Under the pieces are notes generated by a model that saw only the letters and a list, made by a program, of their open reading frames with translations, had not been told where the DNA came from and made no database searches. Below, piece by piece: positions 63,472-64,000 of a DNA stretch of 64,000 nucleotides. The stretch comes from Felis catus. Its lineage: Eukaryota. The first letter of the stretch is position 1. Each line of letters opens with the position of its first letter. Both the position numbers and the translations under genes were made by a program. Where the stretch lies: assembly GCF_018350175.1 (NCBI RefSeq), contig NC_058368.1:101248001-101312000 (forward strand), read 5' to 3'.

Positions 63472-63692
63472 GACATCAATAATTATTAATGTGATTTCAC
63501 ATCAAAACCACGAGGAGATGGCACCTCACACCCACTAGGACGGCCACTGGGAAAATAAGAGTAATAGGCTTTGGCAGGCATATGGAGAAGTGGCAACACT
63601 TGGGCTCTTTTGGGATTGATTATTAAGTAGTATAGCCACTGTGCCAAACAGTATGGCATTTTCTCAAAAAATGAAAAGTGGGACAACTGCCC

Positions 63693-64000
63693 TGTAATTG
63701 TCAGGGTTCCACAGAGAAAGAACCAGTAGAGGTTTGCAGAGAACAGAACACAAGGAGAATTATTGTGAAGAATTGATTCCAGATTACGGAGGCCGACAAA
63801 TCCCACGATCTGCTGTCTGCAGGCTAGCGTCCCGTAAAGTCCTGCGGCGTGGTTCAGTCTGAGTCTGAAGCTCTCAGAACCAGGGCCGCCAATGATGTCA
63901 ATCCTAGTCTAAGTAGAAGATTCGAGGCCCTGTCCAGCGCAAACAGTGAGGCAGGACAAAAAGGGATGAATCTCTCCCGCTTGTGCCTTCTGTTGTATTC
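63693..64000 (-). mobile_element. MLT2-type ERVL LTR (runs off the window)
   Basis: tgtaattgtcagggttc..agaaccagtaga..aaatcccacgatctgctgtctgca..ggttcagtctgagtctgaag..agaaccaggg. Confidence 0.88.

Larger units (their letters stand above)
60885..63690 (+). mobile_element. Second L1 ORF2 segment, with deletions and SINE insertions
   Basis: aattgacaaacctttagctaga..atgaccaagtggaatttattcc..gatgcagaaaaa..gacaaaattcaaca..tagccactgtg. Confidence 0.9.

Overview
Repeat-rich, apparently non-coding mammalian DNA from a cat-like carnivore (felid). The basis is about 50 tRNA-derived CanSINEs, about 11 of them near-identical young feline-type copies with intact target-site duplications (TSDs). The rest is LINE-1 pieces of several ages, solo LTRs (ERVL-like, MLT1D, MLT2 and two ERV1-like), hAT-Charlie MITEs (MER33, MER5 group), MIR/L2 relics and microsatellites. 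I found no convincing protein-coding exon: every recognisable ORF in the track is SINE, L1 or microsatellite translation. The host locus cannot be identified from sequence alone. Several repeat-free blocks carry homeodomain/PBX-HOX/MEIS or ETS/AP-1 motif clusters, suggesting a regulatory intergenic or large-intron region. I see no evidence for a new multi-gene system. The most unusual observations are: (1) a short antisense 5S rRNA fragment at the 5' junction of a TSD-bounded L1 insertion; (2) a diverged 5' U6 fragment at an L1 endonuclease site; (3) a locally copied MER5A segment 2.5 kb from its apparent donor; (4) a candidate PBX-HOX/MEIS enhancer. Repeat family names come from recalled consensus sequences, and boundaries of old elements are approximate.
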